Below, in pieces: positions 29,996-51,311 of a stretch of DNA of 64,000 nucleotides. The notes beneath the pieces are model-generated. The model saw only the letters and a program-made list of their open reading frames with translations. It did no database searches and was not told where the DNA came from. Source of the stretch: an uncultured delta proteobacterium. GTDB lineage: Bacteria > Myxococcota_A > Polyangia > Palsa-1104. The stretch covers positions 384,001 through 448,000 of the forward strand of contig CAWAWS010000016.1 in assembly GCA_963785725.1 (NCBI GenBank), given 5' to 3'. Each line of letters begins with the position of its first letter. The first letter of the stretch is position 1. A program made the translations under genes and the position numbers.

Positions 29996-30856
29996 ATGGT
30001 GATGCGGCCGCAGCTCGTGCTCGTCGGCCTCGGGCTCCTCATGCTGCTCGCCTTCGAGCAGTGGTTCGAGCATTGGTTCGCGCACAAGATGGTCGACGCG
30101 CCCAACCAAGGCGCGCCGACGACGACGCTCCGGCGCGGTGAGATGCGCGTGCACGTCGGGCCGCCCGACGCGAATTTGTCGATCGAGATCGTCGCGCCCA
30201 AGCTGCTGCCGCCGCGCGCCACCTTGTTCGTGCTGCCCGGCATCAGCGACGACAAAGAGTACGTTCGCTCCTACGCCGAGCACTTGGCGACGGCCGGTTA
30301 TCGCGCCATCCTCGTCGACACGCGCGGTCACGGCCGGTCGAGCGGCCGATGGCTCGGCTGGGGCTTGCAGGAGTCGCGCGATCTGTCGCAGGTCATCGAC
30401 ACGCTCAAGCTCGACGGACCGCTCGGCGTGCTCGGCCATTCTTACGGCGGCGCCACGGCCATCATTTGGGCCAGCCGCGAGCCGCGCTTACGCGCCGTGT
30501 TGTCGCTCAGCCCGTTCGCCAGCATGCGCGACTGCATCGATGATCTGCCGGGCGTGCACGTGCTCGTGCCGCGTTGGCTGCGCCAGCGCATCGTCGACAT
30601 CGCCGGCCGGCTCGGCCACTTCGATCCCGACGAAGCGAGCGCGCTCATCGCGGTGACGAAGACGAAGACGCAGATGCTCGTCGTGCACGGGACCAACGAT
30701 CCGCTCGTGCCCTACGCGCAATCCGAGCGGCTGGCGGCGGCGGCGCCCGATCACGTCAAGGTCGTGCTGCTCGACGGGCAAAACCACGAAGACCTGGCCG
30801 GCGACCCGCGCTTGTGGCCGCTCACGCTCGACTTTCTCGCGCGCATGTTTCCGTGA
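29996..30856 (+). CDS. Alpha/beta hydrolase with N-terminal membrane anchor
   Basis: DTRGHGRS, GHSYG nucleophile elbow, HGTND, NH. Confidence 0.85.
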   Translation: MVMRPQLVLVGLGLLMLLAFEQWFEHWFAHKMVDAPNQGAPTTTLRRGEMRVHVGPPDANLSIEIVAPKLLPPRATLFVLPGISDDKEYVRSYAEHLATAGYRAILVDTRGHGRSSGRWLGWGLQESRDLSQVIDTLKLDGPLGVLGHSYGGATAIIWASREPRLRAVLSLSPFASMRDCIDDLPGVHVLVPRWLRQRIVDIAGRLGHFDPDEASALIAVTKTKTQMLVVHGTNDPLVPYAQSERLAAAAPDHVKVVLLDGQNHEDLAGDPRLWPLTLDFLARMFP

Positions 30857-31725
30857 CCGCGCTCCGTCGTCTCGCGATCTTCGTCGGCATCTTGGCGCTG
30901 CTCGTCGTCCTCGGCGGCTTCGGGCTCGTCTACATCGGCGCGTACGGCATCATCGGCGTGCGCAACGGCGGCGTGGCGCCGACGACGGCCGAAGCCGGCG
31001 AACGGCGCATCGACGTCGGCCCGCCGCCGGCGACGCTGTCGGTGCTCGTCGCCGAGCCGAAAGCGGCGCCGCGCGCGACCATCTTCCTGCTGCACGGCAT
31101 CGGCGATCATAAGGAGGGCCTGCGAGGCTGGGCCGATCACCTGACCGCGGCCGGCTATCGCGCCGTGCTCGTCGACTCGCGCGGTCATGGTCGCTCGACG
31201 GGACAGTGGCTGACCTACGGCGTGCAGGAGTCGCGCGATCTGTCGCGGCTCATCGACGCGCTCGCCATCTCCGGTCCCATCGGCGTCATGGGCATGTCGT
31301 ACGGCGCGGCGACGGCGATCGAGTGGGCCGGCAGCGAGCCGCGCGTGCAGGCGGCGGTGGCCGTGGCGCCGTTCGCGTCGCTGCGCGATGTGGTGCCGCT
31401 GTACGTGCCGGATTCGGTGCCGGTGATCGGTCGCTTCTTGCCGCGCTGGCTCATCATGCGCGTCATCGATCACGCGGGCCATGTGGCAGGCTTCGATCCC
31501 GACGCCGCCAGCCCGAAAGCGGCCGCCGCACGCACGCATGCGCCCATGCTCCTCATCCACGGCGATCGCGACACCAACGTGCCGTTGTGGAACTCGGCGC
31601 TGATCGTCGCGCACGCACCGACGGCGCGCCTGGTGACGCTGGCGGGCGAGGATCACGAGCGCATCAGCGGCGACGCGCGCGTGTGGCCGCTCGCGCTCGA
31701 CTTCTTCGCCGGCGTATTCCGTTAG
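30853..31725 (+). CDS. Alpha/beta hydrolase (tandem paralogue)
   Basis: GTGA overlap at 30853-30856; DSRGHGRS, GMSYG, HGDRD, DH. Confidence 0.85.
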   Translation: MTALRRLAIFVGILALLVVLGGFGLVYIGAYGIIGVRNGGVAPTTAEAGERRIDVGPPPATLSVLVAEPKAAPRATIFLLHGIGDHKEGLRGWADHLTAAGYRAVLVDSRGHGRSTGQWLTYGVQESRDLSRLIDALAISGPIGVMGMSYGAATAIEWAGSEPRVQAAVAVAPFASLRDVVPLYVPDSVPVIGRFLPRWLIMRVIDHAGHVAGFDPDAASPKAAAARTHAPMLLIHGDRDTNVPLWNSALIVAHAPTARLVTLAGEDHERISGDARVWPLALDFFAGVFR

Positions 31726-32130
31726 CTAACGCGTGCGAACGAGGACGGCGCTGGCCGGCGCGAGCCCGACTTTGCCGATCGTGCCGTTCACTTGCACCGT
31801 CGGCAGCGTCGCGTTCCAGCTGCCGTCTTTGCCGATCGGCTGGCCGGCGAGCGTGACGCCGTCGGTGGCGGTGAGCGACGGTCCGCGGAGCTCGACGACC
31901 GACGCCGACGCATTGGGGACCGCGCGCCCGAAGTCGACGGCGGCCACGATCGCCTGCGCGGCGTCTTTGTTGACGAGGACGACCGCCGTCGAGCCGTCAT
32001 TCTCCGCGATCGCATAGGCCGACAACGCGTTGGCCGCGCCCGACACCGTCGCCGTCACCAGCTTTCCGGCCGCGGCCGCGGCGAACAGCGCGATCCCGTA
32101 ACATTCCGGGCGCACCTCGACGACGTAACC
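31726..32130 (-). pseudogene. Orphan C-terminal beta-sandwich domain of a GH79 beta-glucuronidase-like protein
   Basis: VRPECYGIALFA...LSAYA...VVLVNKD...LRGPSL.ATDGVTLAGQ.I..DGSW...LAPASAVLV resembles the GH79 C-terminal domain; no catalytic barrel or convincing start upstream. Confidence 0.55.
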
Positions 32131-32339
32131 GGCCGAATCATCGGCGATACGCCTGCGAGCAGCAAGTCGTGAGGCTGCTCGCGCGAGCACGCGACCGACG
32201 CCGACCGCGCGGGCCGATTTGCAAGCCGAATCGACAACGGTCCGGCCACCCGACCTGCTTGACTCACACATCAGCGATGTTGTAGTCAAGAATGCGAATT
32301 TCAGCCCGACGAATGGGGTTCGGGTGAGGAGGAGCACAG

Positions 32340-33725
32340 ATGGCGGCGACGACTTCGGATGTGACCCCGCGACGGAACGGCTTCGAGTTTGCCGCGATGG
32401 GTGCACCGCAGGCGCAAGGCGATTCGGACGAGGTCGCGCGCTTGCGAGCGGCCGTTCAGACGCTCGCCGACATGGTGGTCGCGCACGGCGTGATGGATGC
32501 GCGCACGTTGCATGCGCTGCTGGGTGATTTGGTCGAGGCGCCAGCCCGGCCGTCGCTGCCGCCGCCGGCAGCACCCGCGCCGTCGGTCACGGCCAAGCCG
32601 GTCGCGCCGTCGCGACCGCTGGTCTCGCCGGCGCAGATCGGCGCCCGACCGCTCGTCTCGCCGGCGCAGATCGCGGCGCGACCGACGTCGTCGCGGCCGA
32701 CGGTGCAGGCGCCGGTCGTCGCGCCGGCTCCCGTCGCGCCGGCTCCCGTCGCGCACGTCGCGCCGCAGGCTCCCGTCGTCGCGCCGCAGGCTTCTGCCGC
32801 GCGTCCGACGGCGACGCCGGTCGCGCGAACGCCGGTCGCGTCAGCGCCGGTCGTCGCGCAGCCGGTTCACGCGCCCGTCGCGCAGCCGGTTCACGCGCCC
32901 GTCGCGCAGCCGGTTCATGCGCCCGTCGCGCAGCCGGTTCATGCGCCAGTCGCGCAGCCGGTTCATGCGCCCGTCGCGCAGCCGGTTCACGCGCCCGTCG
33001 CGCAGCCGGTTCATGCGCCCGTCGCGCGGACGCAGCCGGTCGCGTCGGTCGAGGCGCCGGTCGTGCACGCGCCAAAGGCGGCGCCGACGCGCGCCGCGGC
33101 CAGCGCGCCGACGCTGATGGCGCCGGCGCCGGTCGTCGCGGCCGCGCCGAAGGCGGCTCACGATACGGACGCGGACTTGCCGGTCGTGCACGCCCCGGTC
33201 GTCCACGTCCCGACGCCGGTCGTCGTCGACGCGGCGCAGCTGCCGATCGTGCACGCGCCGATCGTGCACACGCCGGCGCCGCGCGCGCCCGTCGTCCACA
33301 CGCCGCAGCAGCGGTCGAAGAACCCGTTCGACGCGAGCTTGGCTGCCGTCGATGTCGAGGCCGCGCTCAACGCGCCCGACGCGCCGTCGCCGACGCCGGG
33401 CGGCTTCTTCGGCCGGCTGTTCAACCGCAAGAAGGCGTCGCCGGCGCAAGTGGCGGCCGAAGCGACCTCGATCGAGTTCACCGAGCGTGTGCCGCGGCTG
33501 CCCGACGGCGATCGCGACGGTCTCTACAGCGAGCAGCAGCGCGCCACCGAGCTCAGCTTCCCACCGACCGAGCCGCCGGCGCCGAAGCCGCGCGCCGCCG
33601 CGAGCAAGCGCACGCGCGGCGCCCGCCCCGCCGCCGAAGCCGCGCCGTCGCGCTTTTGCGACCGCTGCTGGCGCCGGATGGACGCGTCCGGCACGTGCAA
33701 GACCTGCAGCAGCCCCGCCTCGTAA
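32340..33725 (+). CDS. Pro/Ala/Val-rich repeat protein with C-terminal C4 zinc ribbon
   Basis: GAGGAGGAG RBS; helical N-terminus; (VAQPVHAP)x7; GGFFGRLFNRKK; CDRC...CKTC. Confidence 0.75.
   Translation: MAATTSDVTPRRNGFEFAAMGAPQAQGDSDEVARLRAAVQTLADMVVAHGVMDARTLHALLGDLVEAPARPSLPPPAAPAPSVTAKPVAPSRPLVSPAQIGARPLVSPAQIAARPTSSRPTVQAPVVAPAPVAPAPVAHVAPQAPVVAPQASAARPTATPVARTPVASAPVVAQPVHAPVAQPVHAPVAQPVHAPVAQPVHAPVAQPVHAPVAQPVHAPVAQPVHAPVARTQPVASVEAPVVHAPKAAPTRAAASAPTLMAPAPVVAAAPKAAHDTDADLPVVHAPVVHVPTPVVVDAAQLPIVHAPIVHTPAPRAPVVHTPQQRSKNPFDASLAAVDVEAALNAPDAPSPTPGGFFGRLFNRKKASPAQVAAEATSIEFTERVPRLPDGDRDGLYSEQQRATELSFPPTEPPAPKPRAAASKRTRGARPAAEAAPSRFCDRCWRRMDASGTCKTCSSPAS
32853..33020 (+). repeat. Coding tandem repeat, 7 x 24 bp (GTCGCGCAGCCGGTTCAYGCGCCM)
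   Basis: Seven contiguous near-identical units with no spacers, encoding VAQPVHAP. Confidence 0.95.
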
Positions 33726-33831
33726 TCGTTACGCCCGCCTCGACTTCGCACGACTGACAGCTGCTGATGCGCGCGATAGACGTTGCCCGACCGTCGCGCT
33801 CGGCCGCGTGTCGGCATGCTACGGTTGCGCC

Positions 33832-35547
33832 GTGCGCCGTTCGCCGCTCGTCGCTGCCGTCATGGCCGCCTTCGTTGTCGTCGCTGCCGCCGATATCGCA
33901 AACGCCGCGCCGCCGCGCCGTCCGCGCGCGCCGGTCGTCATCGCGCTCGTGGTCGATCAGCTGGCCGCCTGGATCGCCGACGAGCGCTGGCCGCTCCTGC
34001 CGGCCACGGGCGGCTTTGCGCGGCTGCGCCGTGAAGGCACGTGGGCACACGCCCTCGTCTATCCGTACGCCGTCAGCGACACCGCGCCCGGCCATGCAGC
34101 GCTGTTCACCGGCGCGCTCCCGCGCGACAACGGCATCTTCGGCAACGAAGTCGTCGACGACGCCGGCAAGCGGCTCGCCATCGTCCGCGATCCGGCGACG
34201 CGCATCCTCGCCAGCGACGGGCCGCGCGATCTGCCGTCGTCGTCGCTGCGCGCGCTCACGGTGCCGACGCTCGCCGACGCCTTGCGCGCCGCCCGGCCGA
34301 ACGCGACGATCATCGCGCTGTCGCTCAAAGATCGCGCGGCGCTCATGGGCGGCGGCCGCAACCCGACGGCGGCGCTGTGGTTCGAGACGAGCTTGGGCCG
34401 CTTCGTGACCTCGACGGCGGTCATGCGCGCCTTTCCCGAGTGGGCGCTGCCGATCGTCGGGCCCGACTTCCTACGCGCGCAGCTGGCACGGGTGTGGCAG
34501 CCGCTCGACACCGCATTCATCGCCGCGCACGCCGCCACGCCCGACGCGCAGCCCGGCGAAGGCGATCTCGAGGGTCTGGGCACGACGTTCCCGCACTCGC
34601 TGGCGGCGACGAGCGATCCGGCGCGCGCCTTCCGTTCGACGCCGTTTGCCGACGAGGCGCTGTTGCAGCTGGCGCTGGCCGCCGTCGATCAGCGCCGCGC
34701 CGACGAGCCGCTCCTCCTGGCCGTGTCGTTGTCGGCGAACGACTACGTCAGCCACACGTTCGGCCCCGATTCGTGGGAAGCCTGGGACGAGCTCCTGCGC
34801 CTGGACGCGGCGTTGGCCCGCTTCTTCGCCGCGCTCGACGACAAATTGGGCGCCGATGGCTGGTCGGCGCTGCTCTCGGCCGATCACGGCGCCGGGACGC
34901 TGCCCGAAGCCGCGGCCCTGGCGCGTCGGTGGTGCGCGCAGCCCGGCGCCGTCGATCGGTATCAGCGGCCATGCGGCGCCGCCGGCCGCATCCTGCTCGA
35001 GGAGCTCGCCGACGAGCTGCGCGCCGTCGCTCGCAAGACGCTCGGCGACGCCGACGAGCAAGGCTGGATCGGCGGCGTCGCCGATCCGTACGTCTACGTC
35101 TCGCCGGCCGCGCGCGCCCTCGACGCGCGGCGCCGCCGGCAGCTCGACGACGCGCTGACCACGTTCCTACGCGCGCACGCCGGCGTCGCCGCCGTGTTCG
35201 ACGCGCGCCATCCGCCGGCGCGCTGCTCGAGCGGCGGGGAAGACATCGCCGCGCTCGTCTGCCGCTCGATGCCGCGCAGCGTGCCCGGCGAGCTCTACGT
35301 CGCGCTCGCGCCCGGCTGGTTCTTCGACCCCGACGTCGTCGTCGGCAAGGGGTCGAGCCACGGCTCCGCCTATCGCTACAATCGCGTCGTGCCGCTCGTC
35401 GTCCGCGCGCCCGGTCGCGTTCCCGCCGGCCGCAGCCTCGACGACGAGATCGGCCCGGCTGCTTACGCGCGTACGGCGGCCGCGCTGCTCGGCGTGCCGC
35501 CGCCGCCGGCCGCGCGCGCCGGCCGCGACCTCAGCCGTTCGCCGTAG
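33832..35547 (+). CDS. Alkaline phosphatase family protein (PafA/NPP-like), exported
   Basis: Signal peptide; VVDQL, TAPGHA.L.TG, SLKDRAA, DYVSH.FGP, SADHG and SHGS motifs; GTG 33832 start. Confidence 0.88.
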   Translation: MRRSPLVAAVMAAFVVVAAADIANAAPPRRPRAPVVIALVVDQLAAWIADERWPLLPATGGFARLRREGTWAHALVYPYAVSDTAPGHAALFTGALPRDNGIFGNEVVDDAGKRLAIVRDPATRILASDGPRDLPSSSLRALTVPTLADALRAARPNATIIALSLKDRAALMGGGRNPTAALWFETSLGRFVTSTAVMRAFPEWALPIVGPDFLRAQLARVWQPLDTAFIAAHAATPDAQPGEGDLEGLGTTFPHSLAATSDPARAFRSTPFADEALLQLALAAVDQRRADEPLLLAVSLSANDYVSHTFGPDSWEAWDELLRLDAALARFFAALDDKLGADGWSALLSADHGAGTLPEAAALARRWCAQPGAVDRYQRPCGAAGRILLEELADELRAVARKTLGDADEQGWIGGVADPYVYVSPAARALDARRRRQLDDALTTFLRAHAGVAAVFDARHPPARCSSGGEDIAALVCRSMPRSVPGELYVALAPGWFFDPDVVVGKGSSHGSAYRYNRVVPLVVRAPGRVPAGRSLDDEIGPAAYARTAAALLGVPPPPAARAGRDLSRSP

Positions 35548-35629
35548 CCGAGCCCGACGAGCCGCGCCCGCAACGACGATAAGCGCTGGCGAAGACGCCG
35601 TGTAATCGTGTTATCGTAAACGGCGGGCC

Positions 35630-36163
35630 ATGTCGACGTCGACTCCCGAGGACTGGCACGCGCTCGCCGAATCGCACAGCCGCGAAGGCTTTGCCGCTGC
35701 GTTCGACCACCCCTTTCTGCTGGCGCTGACGGGCGTCGACGTGGCGCCGCGGCCGATGCCGACGCTGCGGCTGCCCAACGGCGTGGCCGAAATCCAAGCG
35801 GCGCTCTTGGCCGAGCGGCGGCGCTTGGCGACGGGCGAGCGGCTCTCGCCGGTCATGCCCATCCGCAAGGTGCAGACGACGTTCCCGAGCATGATCACGC
35901 TCGGACGCGCCAAGAACAACGACTTGTGCGTGCCCGACACGCTGGTCTCGAAGTTTCACGCGTTCTTCGTGCGCCGCCCCGACGGACAATGGACGCTCGC
36001 CGACGCCGGCTCGGCCAACGGCACGCGCATCGGCGACCGCGAGCTCGTCCCCAAAGGCCCGGCCGAGCTCCTGCGCTCCGGCGACAAGGTGCGCTTCGGC
36101 GTGACGACGTTCTCGTTCTTCGACGCCGTCGGCCTGTGGTCCGCGCTGCACGGCCACCGCTAA
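35630..36163 (+). CDS. FHA domain protein
   Basis: TLGR, VSKFHA, DAGSANGT and GDKVRFG FHA motifs. Confidence 0.88.
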   Translation: MSTSTPEDWHALAESHSREGFAAAFDHPFLLALTGVDVAPRPMPTLRLPNGVAEIQAALLAERRRLATGERLSPVMPIRKVQTTFPSMITLGRAKNNDLCVPDTLVSKFHAFFVRRPDGQWTLADAGSANGTRIGDRELVPKGPAELLRSGDKVRFGVTTFSFFDAVGLWSALHGHR

Positions 36164-36188
36164 CGGCAGTGTCGCTAGGAATTGCGGC

Positions 36189-37417
36189 TTACTTGCCGAC
36201 GATGAAGACGCAGCTGGTCGTGCCGCTGCCGCCGATGTTCAGCGTCGCGATGGTGCGGGCGCCGTCGACCTGGTAGTCGCCGGCCTGGCCGGTCGTCTGC
36301 AAGTAGGCGTCGAGCAACTGGCGCACGCCGGTGGCGCCGACGGGATGGCCGCGCCGATGAGCCCGCCCGACGCGTTGATCGGCAGCTTGCCGGCGCGATC
36401 GATGACCCCCTCCTCGACCGCCTTCCACGACTCGCCGGGCTCGGTGATGCCGAAGTGATCGATCGCCATGTACTCGCTCGTCGTGAAGCAGTCGTGCGTC
36501 TCGATGCCGTCGAGCGCCCAGCAGTCGGCGATGCCGGCGCGGGCAAAAGCGTCGGTGATGGCCCGGCGCGTCTGCGGCAAGACGTAGGCGTCGCCGCGGC
36601 TCTCGGCGACTTTGGCGTCGAACGTGAGCGGCGCCGTGTGATGGCCCCAGCCGCGGATCGTCGGCACGTCCTGCAGCGACAGGCCGCGCCGGCTCGCCCA
36701 CGCGCGCGCGAAGTCTTCGGCGGCGAGGAACAAGCTGACGGCGCCGTCGGTGACCTGCGAGCAGTCGCTGACCTTGATGCGCCCGCCGATGACCGCGTTG
36801 TAGCTGTCGGCGCGGCTGGCGTGCTCGTCGTTCATGTACCAGGTGCGCGTCTGCGCTTTGGGATTGCGGCGCGCGTTGTCGTAGTTGATGGCGCTGATGC
36901 GGCCCAAGTATTTGTCGTCGAGGCCGTAGCGCTCGTCGTATTCGTCGCCGAGGCGACCGAACAGCTTCGGGAACGGGAACTCGACGCCTTTGGCCTCGCG
37001 CTCGTACCAAGCCGCCGTGCCGAGATAGTCGCCGCCGACGGTCGGGCTGACCGTCTTCATCTGCTCGACGCCGACGACGAGCGCGCAGCGATAGCGGCCG
37101 GCTTCGATCTCGGCCGCGGCCGCGAAAGCGGCGATCGAGCCCGACGCGCAGGCCGCTTCGTGACGACCGGTGGGCAGCCCCGAGAACGCCGGATCGACGT
37201 CGACGAGGAACGCGCCCAGGTGACCTTGCATCGCGTACAGCTCGGCCGCGAAGTTGCCGACGTGGCCGACGTCGATCTGCGCCGGCTCGATGCCCGTCGC
37301 CGCCAAGCCGCCGACGACCGCCTCGCGAATGAGCGCCGAGATGTGCTTGCCCTCCTTCGTCCAATTGCGCGCGAAGTCGGTCTGAAAACCGCCGAGAATG
37401 TAGACAGGTCGCGTCAT
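36189..37417 (-). CDS. Thiolase (acetyl-CoA acetyltransferase, SCP-x-like); frameshift near 36351
   Basis: [20 protein letters not shown], then GHPVGATG...TLNIGGS in another frame (ATC GGC GC_ GGC CAT, one base missing). Confidence 0.88.
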
Positions 37418-37418
37418 C

Positions 37419-38666
37419 TCAGGCTCCGTGGAAGAAGCGACCCACGTCGACCCGAGTGGCGTCGAAGAGTCGCTGGTTACGTTCGGCGGCGTCGACGACG
37501 GCGCGCGGCACCGGCAGCCGCGCCGCGTCGAGCAGCTGGACCGTGCGGCGGGCGCCGATGAGGTCGACGAGCGCGCCCGGCGGCGCCCAGTTGAAGCCGA
37601 AGCCCATGATGCGATCGACGTCGGCTACGCGCTCGACCACCTCGCCGACGCGGTTTAGACCGTAGCTGACGTAGCCCAAGATCACGCGGCGCATGAGCTC
37701 GGCGTCGGCACCGTCGGCGGTGGCGAAGAGGTCGAACGCCTCGCGATAGCGGCCAACGTGATGCAGCGCCTTCATCTGCTGCGCGAGGTCGGGCATGTCG
37801 AGGCTCCGCTTGTCGGACTTCTTGAAGAAGCCCCCCTTGTGCGGCGTCTTGTCGCCGAGCACGCCGGCGGCGATCTGCGCCCGCATCGCGCGCGGCAAGG
37901 CAAAGGCTGCGTGCGCCTCGTCGCGTGTGTTGGCGAAGACGTTGTCGACGATGGCGGCGTGCACGTCCCAGCCGACGAAGTCGATCGTGGCCAACGGCGC
38001 CATGGCGCGGCCGGTGTGCGGGCCGAGTAGACCATCGATATAGGCGGCGCCGTGGATCTCGGCCAGCTGCGCGCACTCGTTCAGGACCTTGAAGCCGACG
38101 CGATTGCCGCAAAACGCCGGCGTGTCGCTGGTGCGCGTAAGCTCGCGGCCGAGCCGGCCGCGCAAGAGCGCGTCGACGGCGGCGGTGACGGCCGGGTCGG
38201 TGCCGGCGTGCGGAATCAGCTCGCAGCCGACGATGACGTTGGGCGGATTGAAGAAGTGGATGCCCAAGAAATGGCGCGCGAAGCTCTCGCCGCCCGTCGC
38301 CGCCATGCTGGCGATCGACAAGCCGGAGCTGACGGTGGCGACGATCGCGTCGGCGCGGCGGTGCCGATCGATCTGCGCGAAATAGACCTGCTTCAGCGCC
38401 AGATCTTCGGACACGGCTTCGAAGACCAGATCGGCGTCGGGCAGCTCGCGCGCCAAATCGTCGTCGTACGAGCCGATGCGAATGAAGCGCGACAGCGCCG
38501 TCGACTTGGCCAGCTTCTCGGCGCGCGCGCGACCTTCGCCGGCTTTGTCGCGCGTGCGGGCCAGGAAGACGGTCTCGATGCCGGCGGCCGCGAAGACCTC
38601 GCCCGAGCCGGCGCCCATCGCGCCGTTGGCGCCGAGCACGACCACTTTGCGGACTTCTCGCGTCAT
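37419..38666 (-). CDS. 3-hydroxyacyl-CoA dehydrogenase family protein
   Basis: [42 protein letters not shown] and [11 protein letters not shown] motifs. Confidence 0.88.
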   Translation of the reverse strand: MTREVRKVVVLGANGAMGAGSGEVFAAAGIETVFLARTRDKAGEGRARAEKLAKSTALSRFIRIGSYDDDLARELPDADLVFEAVSEDLALKQVYFAQIDRHRRADAIVATVSSGLSIASMAATGGESFARHFLGIHFFNPPNVIVGCELIPHAGTDPAVTAAVDALLRGRLGRELTRTSDTPAFCGNRVGFKVLNECAQLAEIHGAAYIDGLLGPHTGRAMAPLATIDFVGWDVHAAIVDNVFANTRDEAHAAFALPRAMRAQIAAGVLGDKTPHKGGFFKKSDKRSLDMPDLAQQMKALHHVGRYREAFDLFATADGADAELMRRVILGYVSYGLNRVGEVVERVADVDRIMGFGFNWAPPGALVDLIGARRTVQLLDAARLPVPRAVVDAAERNQRLFDATRVDVGRFFHGA

Positions 38667-39024
38667 GACGTCAGTCGTGCGCGCGGCGATCCACGATGTC
38701 AATCAGTTAACCGCTTTGAAAAGGGCGAGCGGATCGTCGCTGGCTCGGCTTATGCCGGGAGATGTCACGAGTTATCGCCGCAGTCGATTGACGGCGATTT
38801 TCAAGCTCTGTTAATCAGTCAATCATGAACGGTCGTCAAACTTCGTGGCGGCTGTCGCGTCCACGATCGATCGGCAGCGCGTCGCGCCGAGACCGCTCAG
38901 GTGCCTGCTCGAGCTGCCGGCGAAGGCTCGCGAACAGGCGCAGGAAATTGTTTCAGACGCGTAAAATCCCTTTACGTTCCAGTTTTCGTATAGCGCGACG
39001 CGTCACGCGGAGTAAGCTCACATC

Positions 39025-45035
<6,011 letters not shown>

Positions 45036-45046
45036 CGGCGACGCAG

Positions 45047-47512
<2,466 letters not shown>

Positions 47513-47516
47513 GTGC

Positions 47517-49344
47517 TCAGCGCCGCCGTCCGTGGCCGAGCTGCGCGGCCAGGTGCGCGGCGCGCTTCTTCACGCGCGGATTGGGCGACGAGCGGGCCGC
47601 GCGCCGCACCTCGCCGAGCGCGGCCGAGCCGAGCCGGAACTTGATGACCGCGCGCGCCAGCCGATACGTCGGGTCGTCGAGCGCGCTCACGGCGTTGCGC
47701 TGCAGCAGCTGATTGCGCTTGAGCGCCGGCTCCAGCTTCACCGCCGCATCGTATTCGCGCAGGCCGTCGGTGCGCCACAGCTTGCGGAAATAGGCGTGGC
47801 CGAGCAGCAGCGCCGCGCCCGCGTTGCGCGTCGAGTGGCTGCGCACGTCGTACAGGACCTTGATGGCCTCGTCGACGTGGCCGGCGGCGAGCAGCTTCTG
47901 GGCGTCGCGCGTCGTCAGCGGCTTGGCGTGCGCCGGCGCCGACATGGGCGGGCGCGCCGGCGTCGTGCCGCTCGGCGTGCCGACGATCTCCTGCTCCAAC
48001 CGCGCGCCCGGCGTGTCTTTGGGCGCAATCGGCTCTTCGACGGCGTCATCATCATCGTCGTCGTCATCCGCCTTGCCCGCGTTGTCGTTCGCCGGCGGCG
48101 TCGGCGTCTGCTCCGGCACCGGCGGCGGCGTCGGCGCGCTCGCCGGCGGCGGCGGCTCCGCTTTGGCGACGACCGGCGGCTTCGTCTCGACCGGCGCGTT
48201 CGTCTTCGCCGGCACGTTCGTCGGCTTGCCCGTCGACGGCTTGACCGGTCGGGCCGTCGGCGGCGCCGTCGGATCATTCGGGTCGAGCGCGTTGCCCGCC
48301 AGCTTCACCGCTTCGCCGACGTGACGCCGCACGTTCTGCTGCTGCCGGCGCGACAAATGCGACCACGTCGCGACCACGCCCGCCGCGACCAGCCCGGCCA
48401 CGACGACGCGCCCGATGAGCCGCGCGCGCGCCCGCTTGACCCGCAGCCGCGCCGGCGGCACGTCGTCGATCGCCGGCGGCGCCTGCCCCGCCGCTTCCGG
48501 CGTCTGCGCCAGCGCCGCCGCGAAGTCGGCCGCCGTCTGCCAGCGCGCGCCCGGCTCCTTCTCGAGCGATCGCAAGATCACGCGCTCCAGCTCCGGGCTG
48601 CACGAGCGCGGCAAGAGCGCATTGGGCGACGGCGGTGCGTCATCCATGTGCATGCGCAGCACGGCCAGCGGCGAATCGGCCACGAACGGCTTTCGCCCGG
48701 TGACCATGTGGAACAAGATGACGCCGACGCCGTACAGGTCCGAGCGCTCGTCTGCTTCGGTGCCGCGCGCCTGCTCGGGTGACATGTAGCCGGGCGTGCC
48801 CATGGCGAAGCCGGTGTTCGTCAGCTGCGTCTCGCCGCTCGACACCACCTTGGCCAGCCCGAAGTCGAGGATCTTGACGAAATCCTCCTCGACGTCGGCC
48901 ATGACCAAGATGTTGTCGGGCTTGAGATCGCGGTGCACGACGCCCATGCCGTGGGCGTGCTTGACGCCGGCCAAGATCTGCCGCGTCAGCCCGACCGCGC
49001 GCGCCGCCGGCAGCGCGCCTTCCGACAACACCTCGGCCAGCGAGCGCCCGGACACGAAGTCCATGACGAGAAACGGCACGCCATTGGCCAACCCCGAATC
49101 GACGACGCTCACCAAGTGCGGATGCGCCAGCCGGCTCATCGCCGTCGCTTCGCGCTGAAAGCGCTTCACGAGATCGGGGATCGCCGCCAGCGCGTCGTGC
49201 AGGAACTTGATGGCGACCGGTTTGCCGATGGCGACGAGCTCGCCTTTGTAGACGACGCCCATGCCGCCGGCCGCCAACCGCTGATCGAGCCGGTAGCGAC
49301 CTTCGAGCAACGTGCCAATGCGCGGGATCGGAGAGCTCTGCCAT
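47517..49344 (-). CDS. Ser/Thr kinase with TM, Pro-rich linker and C-terminal TPR-like domain; frameshift near 49325
   Basis: GGMGVVY, VAIK, HRDLKPDN, DFGLAK, GTPGYMSPEQ. Removing one C from ATG GCA GAG CTC TCC GAT CCC GCG gives MAELSDPRIGTLLEGRY. Confidence 0.88.
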
Positions 49345-49417
49345 GCGAAACGTCCGATTTTAACCCGCTTCGGCTTTCGGTTCACGCTGCTAGACTGACT
49401 GTTATACTGGCGACCGA

Positions 49418-51302
<1,885 letters not shown>

Positions 51303-51311
51303 GATTCGCCG

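Noticed and set aside
32853..33020. 24-bp repeat array as a CRISPR
   Set aside because: Units are contiguous with no spacers, in-frame within a CDS, and no cas genes are present.
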